Counted from the first letter of the stretch, positions 11,448 through 22,398 are shown. The stretch is 64,000 nt of DNA from Rhodanobacteraceae bacterium (GCA_035281745.1 DATEDI010000014.1:40587-104586), one strand, 5' to 3'. The notes: generated from the sequence alone by a model not told the origin. Numbers and translations: made by a program.

Positions 11448-11574
11448 CGTCATTCCGGGGCGGCCCGCGGTTTCATGCGGGCAGAACCCGGAACCCGGCG
11501 CCTTGCTTCTGGAAAAAGTCACTGGCCTCCCGGTTCTAGCGCCGATGGAGCCGAAGATGGCCCCCGGAATGACG
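11448..11574. mobile_element. MITE-like 127-nt palindromic element, copy 2
   Basis: Perfect 12-nt terminal inverted repeats CGTCATTCCGGG / CCCGGAATGACG and an internal AGAACCCGGAACCC. Lies between the mutS start and the phoB promoter. Confidence 0.6.
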
Positions 11575-11584
11575 AACGCTTTGA

Positions 11585-11618
11585 TTGTCACGAGGTTGTC
11601 ATGTCGCGACGCTGCAAT
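11585..11618 (+). promoter_or_regulatory. Pho box plus -10 element upstream of phoB
   Basis: TTGTCAC-GAGG-TTGTCAT (7-4-7, 11585-11602), followed after 10 nt by TGCAAT (11613-11618). This is the same geometry as the pstS promoter. Confidence 0.55.
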
Positions 11619-11650
11619 AATCCCGTCACAGGACTGCCAACAACCCCTGC

Positions 11651-12340
11651 ATGCACAAGCGCGTACTGATCGTCGAAGACGAAGCCTCGATCCGCGACAT
11701 GGTCGCCTTCGCGCTGCGCAAGGCGGACATGGAAGTGATCCACGCCGCCGACGCGCGCGCGGCGTTGACCGCCATCAGCGACACCCCTCCTGACCTGATC
11801 CTGCTTGATTGGATGCTGCCCGGCATGACCGGGCTGGAACTCGCGCGGCGTCTTCGCAGCGAAGAGCGCACTGCCGAAGTACCGATCATCATGCTGACCG
11901 CGCGTGGCGAGGAAATGGATCGCGTCAACGGCCTCGAAGCCGGCGTCGACGATTACGTGGTGAAGCCGTTCTCGACACGCGAACTGATTGCACGGATCAA
12001 GGCGGTGCTCAGGCGTGTGCAGGCCGACGGCGGCACCGGTTCGATCGAGATCGGCGGCCTGCGCATCGATGGTCCCGCTCATCGGGTGTACGCAGGAGAA
12101 ACGCAGGTCGAGATCGGCCCCACCGAGTACCGCCTGCTGCATTTTTTCATGACCCACGCCGAGCGCGCCTACTCGCGCGCGCAACTGCTGGACCAGGTGT
12201 GGGGCGGCAGCGTGTACGTCGAGGAGCGTACGGTCGACGTGCATATCCGGCGCCTGCGCAAGACGCTGGAACCGTTCGGACTGGACGGCCTGATCCAGAC
12301 CGTGCGCGGCACCGGCTATCGGTTTTCCGCGTCGCCATGA
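11651..12340 (+). CDS. phoB: phosphate regulon response regulator PhoB
   Basis: REC plus winged-helix OmpR-type domains with high PhoB-like similarity; ATGA overlap with phoR. Confidence 0.9.
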   Translation: MHKRVLIVEDEASIRDMVAFALRKADMEVIHAADARAALTAISDTPPDLILLDWMLPGMTGLELARRLRSEERTAEVPIIMLTARGEEMDRVNGLEAGVDDYVVKPFSTRELIARIKAVLRRVQADGGTGSIEIGGLRIDGPAHRVYAGETQVEIGPTEYRLLHFFMTHAERAYSRAQLLDQVWGGSVYVEERTVDVHIRRLRKTLEPFGLDGLIQTVRGTGYRFSASP

Positions 12341-13380
12341 ACGCCGATCACGCGCGTGCGCGGCGCCTCGCGGCCCAGTTGAGCGACCTGCGCACCGTCG
12401 CATGTGCCTTGCAGGATGCGTTGGTCTTGTTGGACCCGCACGGCTGCGTGCGCTGGTGCAATCCAGCTGCACAACGCCTGCTGGGCATTACGTGGCCGCG
12501 CGATCGCGGCCAGCCGCTGGCCGCGCATTTCGGCGACGGCGAGGCCGGCGCATGGCTGCGAGCGGGGCAGGGGGACGCCGACGACGTGGCCTCACCCGTC
12601 GATGCCGCGGTGCGACTGGAATTGAACCTGATTCCGTACAGCGAACATCGTCGCCTGCTGATTGCGCGCGACATCAGTCGCGTCACCAAGCTGGAACAGG
12701 TACGCCGCGATTTCGTCGCCAACGTTTCGCACGAGCTGCGCACGCCGCTGACGGTGATCCACGGTTACCTGGAACTGCTCGACCCGGAGGATGTGCCGGC
12801 GCTGGCGCCGGTGCTGGACGAAATGCGCACGCAGTCGCAGCGAATGCGGCAGATCGTCGAAGACCTGCTTGAGCTGTCGCGCCTGGAAATGCAGCAACAC
12901 GTGCCCGAAGAGCGTGTGGAAATGGCGCCGCTGCTGGAATCGCTGCGCCGCGAGGCGGAAGCCTTGAGCCATGGCAAGCATCACGTCGCGGTCGAGAATG
13001 AAGGCCATGCCGACCTGCTGGGATCGCCCAAGGATCTCCACAGCGCCTTCTCGAATCTGGTCAGTAACGCCGTACGCTATACGCCCGAAGGCGGCAGCAT
13101 CACGGTCCGCTGGCGACGCACCCCGACCGGTGCCGAGTATTCGGTCACCGACACCGGGTACGGCATTCCTGCAGATCATCTGTCGCGGCTGACCGAACGG
13201 TTCTATCGCGTCTCGTCCAGCCGTTCGCGCGCGACCGGCGGTACAGGACTCGGGCTCTCGATCGTCAAGCATGTGTTGAACCTGCACGACGCGCAGTTGC
13301 GGATCGAAAGCGAGGCAGGCAAGGGTTCGACGTTCACGTGTGTTTTCGGCGAGGAGAGGTTACTCGAACCCGATGCGTAG
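12337..13380 (+). CDS. phoR: phosphate regulon sensor kinase PhoR (short form, no transmembrane segment)
   Basis: PAS-like region, H-box [13 protein letters not shown] and HATPase motifs. Start ATG 12337 overlaps the phoB stop; the longer ORF from 11809 overlaps phoB out of frame. Confidence 0.85.
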   Translation: MNADHARARRLAAQLSDLRTVACALQDALVLLDPHGCVRWCNPAAQRLLGITWPRDRGQPLAAHFGDGEAGAWLRAGQGDADDVASPVDAAVRLELNLIPYSEHRRLLIARDISRVTKLEQVRRDFVANVSHELRTPLTVIHGYLELLDPEDVPALAPVLDEMRTQSQRMRQIVEDLLELSRLEMQQHVPEERVEMAPLLESLRREAEALSHGKHHVAVENEGHADLLGSPKDLHSAFSNLVSNAVRYTPEGGSITVRWRRTPTGAEYSVTDTGYGIPADHLSRLTERFYRVSSSRSRATGGTGLGLSIVKHVLNLHDAQLRIESEAGKGSTFTCVFGEERLLEPDA

Positions 13381-13487
13381 TTCGTTGCGCAACGTTAGTG
13401 CAGCGCATCCGCGGCAAGGCAAAGCATGAGACTGAGGCCAACGCGGAACGACACCGATACAGGGATTCCTCCGGTGGAGGGGTGTAC

Positions 13488-13871
13488 ATGACGACCATGC
13501 CGCTGAGGAAATGGGCGAAGGACCTCAGGCAGCAGACCTTGGTGGTCTATCATGCGGCCCGTGATCCGCGAACGCCATGGTTCGTCCGGGTCCTGGCGTT
13601 GGCAGTTGCAGCCTACGCGCTCAGCCCAATCGACCTGATCCCCGACTTCATCCCCATACTTGGCTATCTGGATGATCTCGTCATTGTCCCTTTGGGCCTG
13701 ATGCTCGTGTTGCGGCTGACCCCAGGCGAGGTTCTCGCCGCCGCGCGGGTCAAGGCGGAGGCCGCGGCCGACCGGCCGGTGAGTCGTGGCATAGCCGCCG
13801 TGATCGTTGGCATCTGGACCCTCGCCGCGGTGGTTCTCGGCCTATGGGCATGGCGGATATTTCGCACCTGA
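13488..13871 (+). CDS. DUF1232 (YkvA-like) membrane protein
   Basis: Motif [27 protein letters not shown]. Start ATG 13488 with GGTGGAGGGG upstream. Confidence 0.7.
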   Translation: MTTMPLRKWAKDLRQQTLVVYHAARDPRTPWFVRVLALAVAAYALSPIDLIPDFIPILGYLDDLVIVPLGLMLVLRLTPGEVLAAARVKAEAAADRPVSRGIAAVIVGIWTLAAVVLGLWAWRIFRT

Positions 13872-13993
13872 CAATTCAACCTTGGTCAACGCTTGTCAGT
13901 TTGCATGATGAACAGGGGCCCCGCGGGAGTTGGCATGCAGCTCGAATCGAATCCGGATTGACCCATCCGCGTTTCGCGCGGCTTGGCCGGCGG

Positions 13994-14028
13994 CCAAAAC
14001 AAAAACGGCGGGCATTTCCTTGCCCGCC
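13994..14028 (-). terminator. rho-independent terminator downstream of the porin gene
   Basis: On the minus strand: GGCGGGCA-aggaaa-TGCCCGCC, followed by GTTTTTGTTTTG. Confidence 0.6.
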
Positions 14029-14177
14029 GCCACTGCTGGCCCGCCGAGGGCCGAACGTCCGATCTGGATGCCGGCTCGGCGCACCGCTGGACCTCGGCAT
14101 CCCTGCCTCGGCGAGCGGCCGGCCTGTGGCACCCTGCCTTCGGCGAGCCCCGGTGCTGCCGAGATTCCGACATCCTG

Positions 14178-15365
14178 TCAGAACTTCACTTCAGCCCACG
14201 CGCCGATCTCGCGGCTATGGACGTCGACCGTGGTGTTGTTGCGCAACTTTTCGTCCTTGTAGGCGACCGCAACCTTCACGCCCTTGGTGACCGGGAACGC
14301 GACGCCGGCGTTCCAGTACGTGTCCTTGAGTGAGGGGTCGAGGTCCTTGCTGGGTTTGACCTGGTCGTAGCGTGCGAACACCGATGCGCTGGTGAAGTCG
14401 TAGCTGCCCCACAGTGAATAGCCCGATGCCTTGTCGGTGGCGGGCGTGGTGACGTTCTTCCAGTTGTCGGCCGTGAACCATTCCGCGCCGAGGCGCAGGC
14501 CGTCACGGTTCCACGCGGCCATCGCGTCGTAACGGCGCGCGCTGTGCAGCACGGGTGAGGATTGGGTGTCCTTGCCGAGATCGCCGTCGTAGGCACCGAC
14601 CGCGAACATCAGGCCCTTGATCGGCTGCAGGCCGACGCGGCCCTCGAAATCGACGTGGTTCGAGCGCGACGGATTCTTGTAGCCGGCGCCGTTGATGGCC
14701 GACACCTGGTAGTTGAACATGCCGTTGTCGCCGAACAGATGCAGGCCCCAGTCGGCCGAATTGCCGTACTTCATGCGGTCGACCAGCGTGTTCTCGACGT
14801 AGCGGTAGCCGTACCATTCCTCGACGAACGGAATCCACGCCATGTTGGCCGAGCCGACGCGCAGCGTGGCGAGCGGGGAAAACGCGCCTTGCAGATAGGC
14901 CTTCTTAACGAACAACTGGGTTTGGCCATCGTTGCCGACGTAGTTGAAATCGGTGGTCAGGTTGGCCGACCAGATGTCGTTGAACTTGTGGTCCACCGTC
15001 AGGTAGAACCGCTTGACGTCGATGCCGGTGCCCGAAGCGTCGGTCTTCTTGCCGTTGCTGGTCTGATCGAGGTTGGTGAAATCAGCGAACATCGTGCCGC
15101 CGACCTTGGTGTTGTCGGCCCATGACGCGGCGGGCTTGGCCGGCGCCTGTTGCAACGCCTCGATGTTCTGCTGGGTGCTGACATTGATGCTGGATTGCGC
15201 ATCGGTGCGTTCCTGCAGCGCCGTGACCCTGCCCTGCAGCGCCGCGAGTTGCGCCTTCAGGTCGGCCAGTTGCCGGGCGTCGCCGGACGCGGACTGGGCC
15301 ATGGCCCCGAAGCTTGCAAAGGTCAGGCCGGTGGCGATGGCCACCGAGAGCATCTTGATACGCAC
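14178..15365 (-). CDS. phosphate-selective porin O/P family protein
   Basis: Signal peptide, N-terminal coiled-coil, beta-barrel-like sequence ending in F. Divergent from pstS with a Pho box upstream. GTG start at 15365 with AAGGAG 6 nt upstream. Confidence 0.8.
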   Translation of the reverse strand: MRIKMLSVAIATGLTFASFGAMAQSASGDARQLADLKAQLAALQGRVTALQERTDAQSSINVSTQQNIEALQQAPAKPAASWADNTKVGGTMFADFTNLDQTSNGKKTDASGTGIDVKRFYLTVDHKFNDIWSANLTTDFNYVGNDGQTQLFVKKAYLQGAFSPLATLRVGSANMAWIPFVEEWYGYRYVENTLVDRMKYGNSADWGLHLFGDNGMFNYQVSAINGAGYKNPSRSNHVDFEGRVGLQPIKGLMFAVGAYDGDLGKDTQSSPVLHSARRYDAMAAWNRDGLRLGAEWFTADNWKNVTTPATDKASGYSLWGSYDFTSASVFARYDQVKPSKDLDPSLKDTYWNAGVAFPVTKGVKVAVAYKDEKLRNNTTVDVHSREIGAWAEVKF

Positions 15366-15443
15366 GCAGATCTCCTTGCGGAAGTGGGTGGAGGAACTGC
15401 GGCGAAGATTGCGGTGCGCGTGTTACGCGGACTGGTCGCGGCG

Positions 15444-15461
15444 ATGACCGTTGTATGACAG
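15444..15461 (-). promoter_or_regulatory. Pho box facing the porin gene
   Basis: The reverse complement reads CTGTCAT-ACAA-CGGTCAT (7-4-7). No clean -10 at the expected spacing, hence moderate confidence. Confidence 0.5.
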
Positions 15462-15484
15462 GCCGCCTGCGCGGTGCATGCGCG

Positions 15485-15540
15485 CTGTCATCGAACTGCA
15501 ACAAACAGCTCATCGAACTGCAACACGCGGGCGCTGGAAT
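15485..15540 (+). promoter_or_regulatory. tandem Pho boxes plus -10 of the pstS promoter
   Basis: CTGTCAT-CGAA-CTGCAAC (15485-15502) and CTCATCGAACTGCAAC (15509-15524) form a direct repeat. TGGAAT follows at 15535-15540, 10 nt after the second box. Confidence 0.7.
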
Positions 15541-15575
15541 GTGCGTCATCAACCACGACGCACCAGGAGACTCGC

Positions 15576-16598
15576 GTGACCTCGAACAACAAGCTTCGCC
15601 TGCTGGCACTCGCCACCACGCTTGCGCTCGGCATCGGCGCGGCGCATGCCACCGACATCACGGGCGCCGGTTCCAGCTTTGTCTATCCGGTGATCTCGAA
15701 ATGGTCGGCGGCTTATGCCGAGAAAACCGGCAACCGCGTGAACTATCAATCGATCGGTTCGGGCGGCGGCATTGCGCAGATCAAGGCCGGTACGGTGGAC
15801 TTCGGCGCCAGCGACATGCCACTGGACGAAGCCACCTTGAACAAGTTCGGCTTGGGCCAATTCCCGGATGTGATCGGCGGCATCGTGCCGGCGTACAACA
15901 TCGCGGCCATCGCGCCCGGCAAGCTGGTGCTGGACGGCCAGGTGTTGGCGAAGATCTTCCTCGGCCAGATCACCAACTGGTCCGATCCCGCGATCGCGGC
16001 ATTGAATCCGGACATCGCGTTGCCCAGCGCGAAGATCACCGTGGTGCATCGCTCGGATGGCTCCGGCACCAGTTTCAATTTCACCAACTACCTGTCCAAG
16101 ATCAGTGCCGACTGGAAAGCCAGGGTGGGTGAGGGCACCGCTGTGAAATGGCCGGTCGGCATCGGCGGCAAGGGCAACGAGGGTGTGTCGGCTTACGTCA
16201 AGCAGATTCCGAATTCGATCGGATATGTCGAATACGCCTATGCCGTGCAGAACAAGCTGGGCTATGCGCGCATGAAGAACGCCGCCGGCAAGGTGGTCAG
16301 TCCCGAAACCGCCAGCTTCCAGGCCGCCGCCGCGACCGCCGATTGGTCGCACGCGAAGGACTTCAATTTGCTCATGACCAACGCGCCGGGCGCCGGCGCT
16401 TGGCCGATCACTGCCACCTCGTGGGTGATCATGGTCAAGCAGCCGAAGAACGTCGCGAACTCGAAGGTGGCGCTGGACTTCTTCCGCTACGCGTATACCG
16501 ACGGCAAGTCAGCGGCCACTGCACTCGACTACGTGCCGCTTCCGGCCAGCCTGGTCAACCAGATCGAGGGCTACTGGAAGACCGAGTTCAAGCAATAG
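15576..16598 (+). CDS. pstS: phosphate ABC transporter substrate-binding protein PstS
   Basis: GTG start at 15576 with AGGAGA 6 nt upstream, a signal peptide, and ITGAGSSFVYPV...GSGGG motifs. Confidence 0.9.
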   Translation: MTSNNKLRLLALATTLALGIGAAHATDITGAGSSFVYPVISKWSAAYAEKTGNRVNYQSIGSGGGIAQIKAGTVDFGASDMPLDEATLNKFGLGQFPDVIGGIVPAYNIAAIAPGKLVLDGQVLAKIFLGQITNWSDPAIAALNPDIALPSAKITVVHRSDGSGTSFNFTNYLSKISADWKARVGEGTAVKWPVGIGGKGNEGVSAYVKQIPNSIGYVEYAYAVQNKLGYARMKNAAGKVVSPETASFQAAAATADWSHAKDFNLLMTNAPGAGAWPITATSWVIMVKQPKNVANSKVALDFFRYAYTDGKSAATALDYVPLPASLVNQIEGYWKTEFKQ

Positions 16599-16618
16599 GC
16601 AGCGATGGACCCTTCCTC

Positions 16619-16683
16619 GTAGGGCGGGAGCAGCGAAGCGAATCCCGCCGGTGATAACCCAGGCGGGTTAGCACCCGCCCTAC
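16619..16683. repeat. REP-like palindromic element between pstS and pstC
   Basis: GTAGGGCGGG ... CCCGCCCTAC outer inverted repeat with inner GGCGGGATTCGC-type complementarity. Confidence 0.6.
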
Positions 16684-16707
16684 GCGAGCATTCTCGCAAA
16701 GACCTGC

Positions 16708-17679
16708 ATGTCATCGATCCCCGCCACCATTGGACCTGTAGAAACCGATCGCCGCAGCCTTCGCGACGCGCGCCACGACACGTGGTTCCGCCGGCTGCTG
16801 AAGCTGTGCGCGCTGCTGGTGCTGGCGGCGCTGCTTGGTGCCGCGCTCTCTACCTTGTGGGGCGGCCGCGAGGTGCTGTTCGGGCAGGGCCTGCACTTCC
16901 TCACCAGCACCGAATGGAACCCGGTCACCGACACCTATGGCGCGTGGGCGCCGATCTTCGGCACCTTGGTGACGTCGGCGATCGCGCTCATCCTTGCGGT
17001 ACCGCTGAGCTTCGGCATCGCGCTGTTCCTCACCGAGATCGCGCCAACCTGGCTGCGCGGTCCGGTCGCCACCGCCATCGAGCTGCTCGCCAGCATCCCG
17101 TCGATCATTTACGGCATGTGGGGCCTGTTCGTGTTCGTGCCTTTCATGGCGCGCGTCGAACCCGGCCTCTCTGCGACGCTGGGCCGAATCCCGTTGGTCG
17201 GAAGCCTGTTTCAGGGACCGCCGATCGGGCTGGGCCTGCTCACCGCGGGCATCGTGCTGGCGGTGATGATCCTGCCATTCGTCTGCTCGGTGATGCGCGA
17301 AGTGTTCCAGACCGTGCCCAACCGCCTCAAGGAGTCGTCCTATGCGCTGGGTTCCACCACTTGGGAAGTGGTGTGGGACATCGTGCTGCCGTACACGCGC
17401 TCGGCGGTGATCGGCGGCATCTTCCTCGGGCTTGGACGTGCGCTCGGCGAAACCATGGCGGTGACCTTCGTGCTCGGCAACGCCTACAACATCACATCGT
17501 CGTTGTTGATGCCCGGCACTTCGATTTCCTCTTCCATCGCCAACGAATTCAACGAGGCGGTGGGCACGCACCGCTCGGCGCTGATCGCGCTCGGCTTTCT
17601 GCTGTTCGTGGTCACCTTCGTGGTGCTGCTGATCTCGCGCCTGATGCTGCGTCGGCTGGCGCGGAGGGAGGGCGCGTGA
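16708..17679 (+). CDS. pstC: phosphate ABC transporter permease PstC
   Basis: Polytopic permease with PstC-like sequence; operon context. Confidence 0.9.
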   Translation: MSSIPATIGPVETDRRSLRDARHDTWFRRLLKLCALLVLAALLGAALSTLWGGREVLFGQGLHFLTSTEWNPVTDTYGAWAPIFGTLVTSAIALILAVPLSFGIALFLTEIAPTWLRGPVATAIELLASIPSIIYGMWGLFVFVPFMARVEPGLSATLGRIPLVGSLFQGPPIGLGLLTAGIVLAVMILPFVCSVMREVFQTVPNRLKESSYALGSTTWEVVWDIVLPYTRSAVIGGIFLGLGRALGETMAVTFVLGNAYNITSSLLMPGTSISSSIANEFNEAVGTHRSALIALGFLLFVVTFVVLLISRLMLRRLARREGA

Positions 17680-18548
17680 TGACCATGGATGTCTACGTCC
17701 GTCGGGGTGTCGTCAACGTGGCGGCCATGGTGCTCAGCGGATTTGCCGCGGCGGTGGGCCTCATGTTCCTGATCTGGATCCTGTGGATCACGGTGAAGAA
17801 CGGCCTCAGCGCCATGGACCTCAAGCTGTTCACGAAAATCACCGCGTATGGCGCCGAGGGCGGCCTTTCGAATGCCATCGTCGGAAGCCTGGTGATGGAT
17901 TTGGTCGCGCTCGCGATCTGCGCGCCGATCGGCGTGCTGGCCGGCACCTTTCTTGCCGAGTATGCGAATCGTTCGAAGCTGGGCGCCACGATCCGTTTCC
18001 TCAACGACATCCTGCTGTCGGCGCCGTCGATCGTGCTGGGCCTGTTCGTGTATGTGATCGTGGTGCTGCCGATGTCGAACCTCACCCATGGTGCGGTGTC
18101 GTTCTCGGGTCTGGCTGGTGCAATTGCGCTGGCGCTGATCGGCCTGCCGGTGATCGTGCGCACCACCGACGAGATGCTGCAACTGGTGCCGGGCACGCTG
18201 CGTGAAGCGGCGTTGTCGCTGGGCGTTCCGCAATGGAAGCTGACCGTGCAGGTGCTGATGCGTGCGGCCGTGTCCGGCATCGTGACCGGCGTGCTGCTGG
18301 CATTGGCACGGCTTGCCGGCGAAACGGCACCGCTCTTGTTCACGGCCTTCGGCAACAACTTCATGGTTGCCAATCCGCTGGACAAGATGGCGAGCATTCC
18401 GGCGGCGATCTACCAGTACACCAACGATCCCAACCCGGCGCTGCACGCGATCGCCTGGGCCGGCGCGCTGCTGATCACGCTGTTCGTGCTGCTGCTCAGC
18501 CTGTCCGCCCGCTGGTACCTGCATCGTCACAAGGTTGCCCATGACTGA
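17679..18548 (+). CDS. pstA: phosphate ABC transporter permease PstA
   Basis: ATG 17679 overlaps the pstC stop (GTGATG). The upstream part of the 16782 ORF overlaps pstC out of frame. Confidence 0.9.
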   Translation: MTMDVYVRRGVVNVAAMVLSGFAAAVGLMFLIWILWITVKNGLSAMDLKLFTKITAYGAEGGLSNAIVGSLVMDLVALAICAPIGVLAGTFLAEYANRSKLGATIRFLNDILLSAPSIVLGLFVYVIVVLPMSNLTHGAVSFSGLAGAIALALIGLPVIVRTTDEMLQLVPGTLREAALSLGVPQWKLTVQVLMRAAVSGIVTGVLLALARLAGETAPLLFTAFGNNFMVANPLDKMASIPAAIYQYTNDPNPALHAIAWAGALLITLFVLLLSLSARWYLHRHKVAHD

Positions 18549-19368
18549 GGACACCGCCTTGCTCAACCCGCCTCCCGCATCCGCGCAGACGGTTGCCGCC
18601 GCCATCGTGTCGCCGCCACCCAAGTTGGCAGTGCGCAACCTCAATTTCCTGTACGGCGATTCCCAGGCGCTGAAAAACATCAGCCTGGACATCCCGGAAA
18701 AACAGGTCAGCGCGATCATCGGCCCGTCGGGTTGCGGCAAGTCCACCTTGCTGCGCGTGTTCAATCGCATCTACGCGATCTATCCGAATCAGCGTGCGAT
18801 CGGCGAGGTGCTGCTGGACGGCGAGAACATCCTCGACACCGGATATCCCGTCCACAAACTTCGCAGCAAGATCGGCATGGTGTTCCAGAAACCGGTGCCT
18901 TTCCCGATGACGATCTTCGAGAACATCGCCTGGGGCATCCGCCATCACGAGAAACTTTCGAAGGCCGAAATGGAGGGTCGCGTCGAGCAGGCACTGTGCC
19001 GCGCGGCATTGTGGGACGAGGTGAAGGACAAGCTGAAGCGCAGCGCGCTCGGCCTGTCGGGTGGTCAGCAGCAGCGGCTGTGCATCGCGCGCAGCATCGC
19101 GTTGAAGCCGGAAGTGCTGCTGCTGGACGAGCCCACCTCGGCACTCGACCCGATCGCCACCGGCCGCATCGAGCAATTGATCGAAGAGTTGAAGCGCGAC
19201 TACACGATCATCATCGTCACCCACAACATGCAGCAGGCCGCGCGCGTGTCCGATCGCACCGCCTTCATGTACATGGGCGAACTGGTGGAATTCGACGAGA
19301 CCGAAAAAATCTTTACCAAGCCGGCCAAGCGGCAAACGGAAGATTACATTTCAGGAAGGTTTGGATGA
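18535..19368 (+). CDS. pstB: phosphate ABC transporter ATP-binding protein PstB
   Basis: Walker [10 protein letters not shown], signature LSGGQQQRL, Walker [12 protein letters not shown]. Confidence 0.95.
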   Translation: MPMTEDTALLNPPPASAQTVAAAIVSPPPKLAVRNLNFLYGDSQALKNISLDIPEKQVSAIIGPSGCGKSTLLRVFNRIYAIYPNQRAIGEVLLDGENILDTGYPVHKLRSKIGMVFQKPVPFPMTIFENIAWGIRHHEKLSKAEMEGRVEQALCRAALWDEVKDKLKRSALGLSGGQQQRLCIARSIALKPEVLLLDEPTSALDPIATGRIEQLIEELKRDYTIIIVTHNMQQAARVSDRTAFMYMGELVEFDETEKIFTKPAKRQTEDYISGRFG

Positions 19369-19370
19369 TG

Positions 19371-19504
19371 CCCCTCTTCCTCCGGGAGAGGCGGCCGTAG
19401 GCCACGCGCGTAGCGCGGGGGCGAGGGTTCGGTGCCACGGCACGTTCCACGCCCACCGAACCCTCATCCGGCCCTGCGGGCCACCTTCTCCCGAAGGGAG
19501 AAGG
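19371..19504. repeat. palindromic repeat element (CCCTCT..GGGAGAGG type), intergenic copy
   Basis: Terminal hairpins CCTCTTCCTCCGGGAGAGG and CTTCTCCCGAAGGGAGAAG with inner inverted GAGGGTTCGG / CCGAACCCTC. Same family as 45544-45658. Confidence 0.6.
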
Positions 19505-19523
19505 AAACAACACGAGCCACGAC

Positions 19524-20228
19524 ATGAACACACAGCCCCATGACCACCTAGTGAAAAGCTACGACGAGGAAATGTCCCGCCTGACCGGCGAAATTGCCGC
19601 AATGGGCGAACTCGCAGCCAAACAACTGGAAGCGGCGATGGACGCGCTGGGCGAGCGCGACAGCAACGCGGCCCAGCGCGTCGCGGACAACGATGACGCG
19701 ATCGACGATCAGGAACGCCGGATCAGCGGCGATGTCTTGCGATTGCTGGCGCTGCGCCAACCGATGGCACGCGACCTGCGCGAGGTCCTCGCCGCGTTGC
19801 GGATCGCTTCCGATATCGAGCGCATCGGCGACTACGCCACCAACGTCGCCCGGCGCTCGATGACGCTGAACCTCTCCGCGCCCGTGCCGCTCGTCGGCAG
19901 CCTCGCGCCCATGGCGAGGATGGCCTGCAGGCTGGTGCGGGACGCGATGCGGGCCTACGCCGCGCAGGATGCCAACCTGGCGTATTCCGTATGGGAACGC
20001 GATGCCGACCTCGATACCCTCTACACCACGCTGTTCCGCGAACTGCTCACCTACATGATGGAGGACCCGCGCAGCATCACGGCCTGCACGCACCTCCTGT
20101 TCATCGCCAAGAACATCGAACGCATCGGCGACCACGCAACCAACATCGCCGAGAACATCTGGTTCGTCGTGCGCGGCGAAACGCTCAACGAACCGCGCAC
20201 CCGGCGCGACATGACCTCCGATTCTTAG
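19524..20228 (+). CDS. phoU: phosphate signalling complex protein PhoU
   Basis: Two PhoU repeats, each with an E(R)IGD motif; follows pstB. Confidence 0.9.
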   Translation: MNTQPHDHLVKSYDEEMSRLTGEIAAMGELAAKQLEAAMDALGERDSNAAQRVADNDDAIDDQERRISGDVLRLLALRQPMARDLREVLAALRIASDIERIGDYATNVARRSMTLNLSAPVPLVGSLAPMARMACRLVRDAMRAYAAQDANLAYSVWERDADLDTLYTTLFRELLTYMMEDPRSITACTHLLFIAKNIERIGDHATNIAENIWFVVRGETLNEPRTRRDMTSDS

Positions 20229-20319
20229 AACCGTCTCGTGCTTGGCGTATGCGTCGGGTTGCGGTAGAACAGTGTTTTCCGACCGCGGCGCCATCGTGAA
20301 AACCGCTCCTGATGATGTG

Positions 20320-20799
20320 ATGTTGTGCCGGAGCGCCGAGCAGGTTGCCGAAACCTTGCGCGCCCATGGCGAAATGCTGGCGACCGCCGAATCCTGCACC
20401 GGCGGCTGGATCGCCAAGGCCTGCACCGATCTGGCCGGCAGTTCCGAGTGGTTCGAATCCGCGGCGGTCACCTACAGCAACCGTGCCAAGCAGGCGCTGC
20501 TTGGCGTCACCTCGGCCACGCTCGAAAAATACGGTGCTGTCAGCCGTGAATGCGCGCTGGAAATGGTGGCGGGCGTGCTGGCGCGGTTCGAGGCGAACGT
20601 GGCGGTGGCAGTCACTGGTATCGCGGGTCCCGGCGGCGGCACGCAGGAGAAGCCCATCGGCACGGTCTGGGTTGCATGGCAGCGGCGAGGCCACGAAGCG
20701 CGGGTGGACGCCTTCCACTTCGGCGGCGACCGCGATGCCGTGCGACGACAGACCGCCGCCGTGGCGCTGGAGGGAGTACGGAAAATCCTTACGCCATGA
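20320..20799 (+). CDS. pncC: CinA-family nicotinamide-nucleotide amidohydrolase (PncC domain only)
   Basis: TAESCTGGWIAKACTDLAGSS and GIAGPGGG motifs; classical position upstream of recA. Start uncertain (GTG 20296 or ATG 20320). Confidence 0.75.
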   Translation: MLCRSAEQVAETLRAHGEMLATAESCTGGWIAKACTDLAGSSEWFESAAVTYSNRAKQALLGVTSATLEKYGAVSRECALEMVAGVLARFEANVAVAVTGIAGPGGGTQEKPIGTVWVAWQRRGHEARVDAFHFGGDRDAVRRQTAAVALEGVRKILTP

Positions 20800-20929
20800 G
20801 ACGGCTTGCGCCGCTGTCCGGGAGCGGGTGGTATGAAATAATGGCAACGTCATCGCGATGGTGTGGTCTCAACCCATGAGAACCGCTCCCGCGACACTTC
20901 ACACAGCACGATCAATCGAGGGTTGCACG

Positions 20930-21970
<1,041 letters not shown>

Positions 21971-21993
21971 GGCGGGCGGCTGAGGGCAAGACC

Positions 21994-22389
21994 ATGACGA
22001 ATCGCTTGGCGTCGTGCACGTGTGGCCAACTCACCGCGCGCGTCACCGGCGAGCCCGTTCGGATCTCAGTGTGCCATTGCCTCGCCTGCCAGCGTCGCAC
22101 CGGCAGCATCTTCGGCGAGCAAGCGAGATTCCCGCGCGACCAGGTCACGACCTCGGGCGCGGCAACGAAATACGTCCGCGTCGGCGATGAAGGCGGTCGA
22201 GCAACGTTTCATTTCTGCCCGACCTGCGGGGCCATCGTGTATTACGAAACCGAGGGGCTCGATGAATTCCTGACGATCCCGGTCGGCGCGTTCGCCGACC
22301 CGGACTTTCCGCCTCCGCGCGTGTCCGTCTACGAGTCGAGAATGCACGGATGGTTGGTCATGCCTCCGGACATCGAACACATCCCGTGA
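21994..22389 (+). CDS. GFA-family (CENP-V/glutathione-dependent formaldehyde-activating fold) protein
   Basis: Cys pattern CTCG...CHCLACQ...CPTCG, typical of the GFA zinc sites. Confidence 0.75.
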   Translation: MTNRLASCTCGQLTARVTGEPVRISVCHCLACQRRTGSIFGEQARFPRDQVTTSGAATKYVRVGDEGGRATFHFCPTCGAIVYYETEGLDEFLTIPVGAFADPDFPPPRVSVYESRMHGWLVMPPDIEHIP

Positions 22390-22398
22390 CGCGCGGCG

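Noticed and set aside
14095-14160. A repeated CTGCCT(C/T)CGGCGAGC motif (two copies 34 nt apart) in the porin 3' region.
   Set aside because: Only two short copies in GC-rich sequence, with no associated structure or gene.
20800-20929. A LexA/SOS box upstream of recA or cinA.
   Set aside because: I found no CTGT-N8-ACAG, TTAG-N6-TACTA or GAAC-N4-GTTC match better than chance. GAACAGTGTTTT near 20268 has two mismatches in one half-site.
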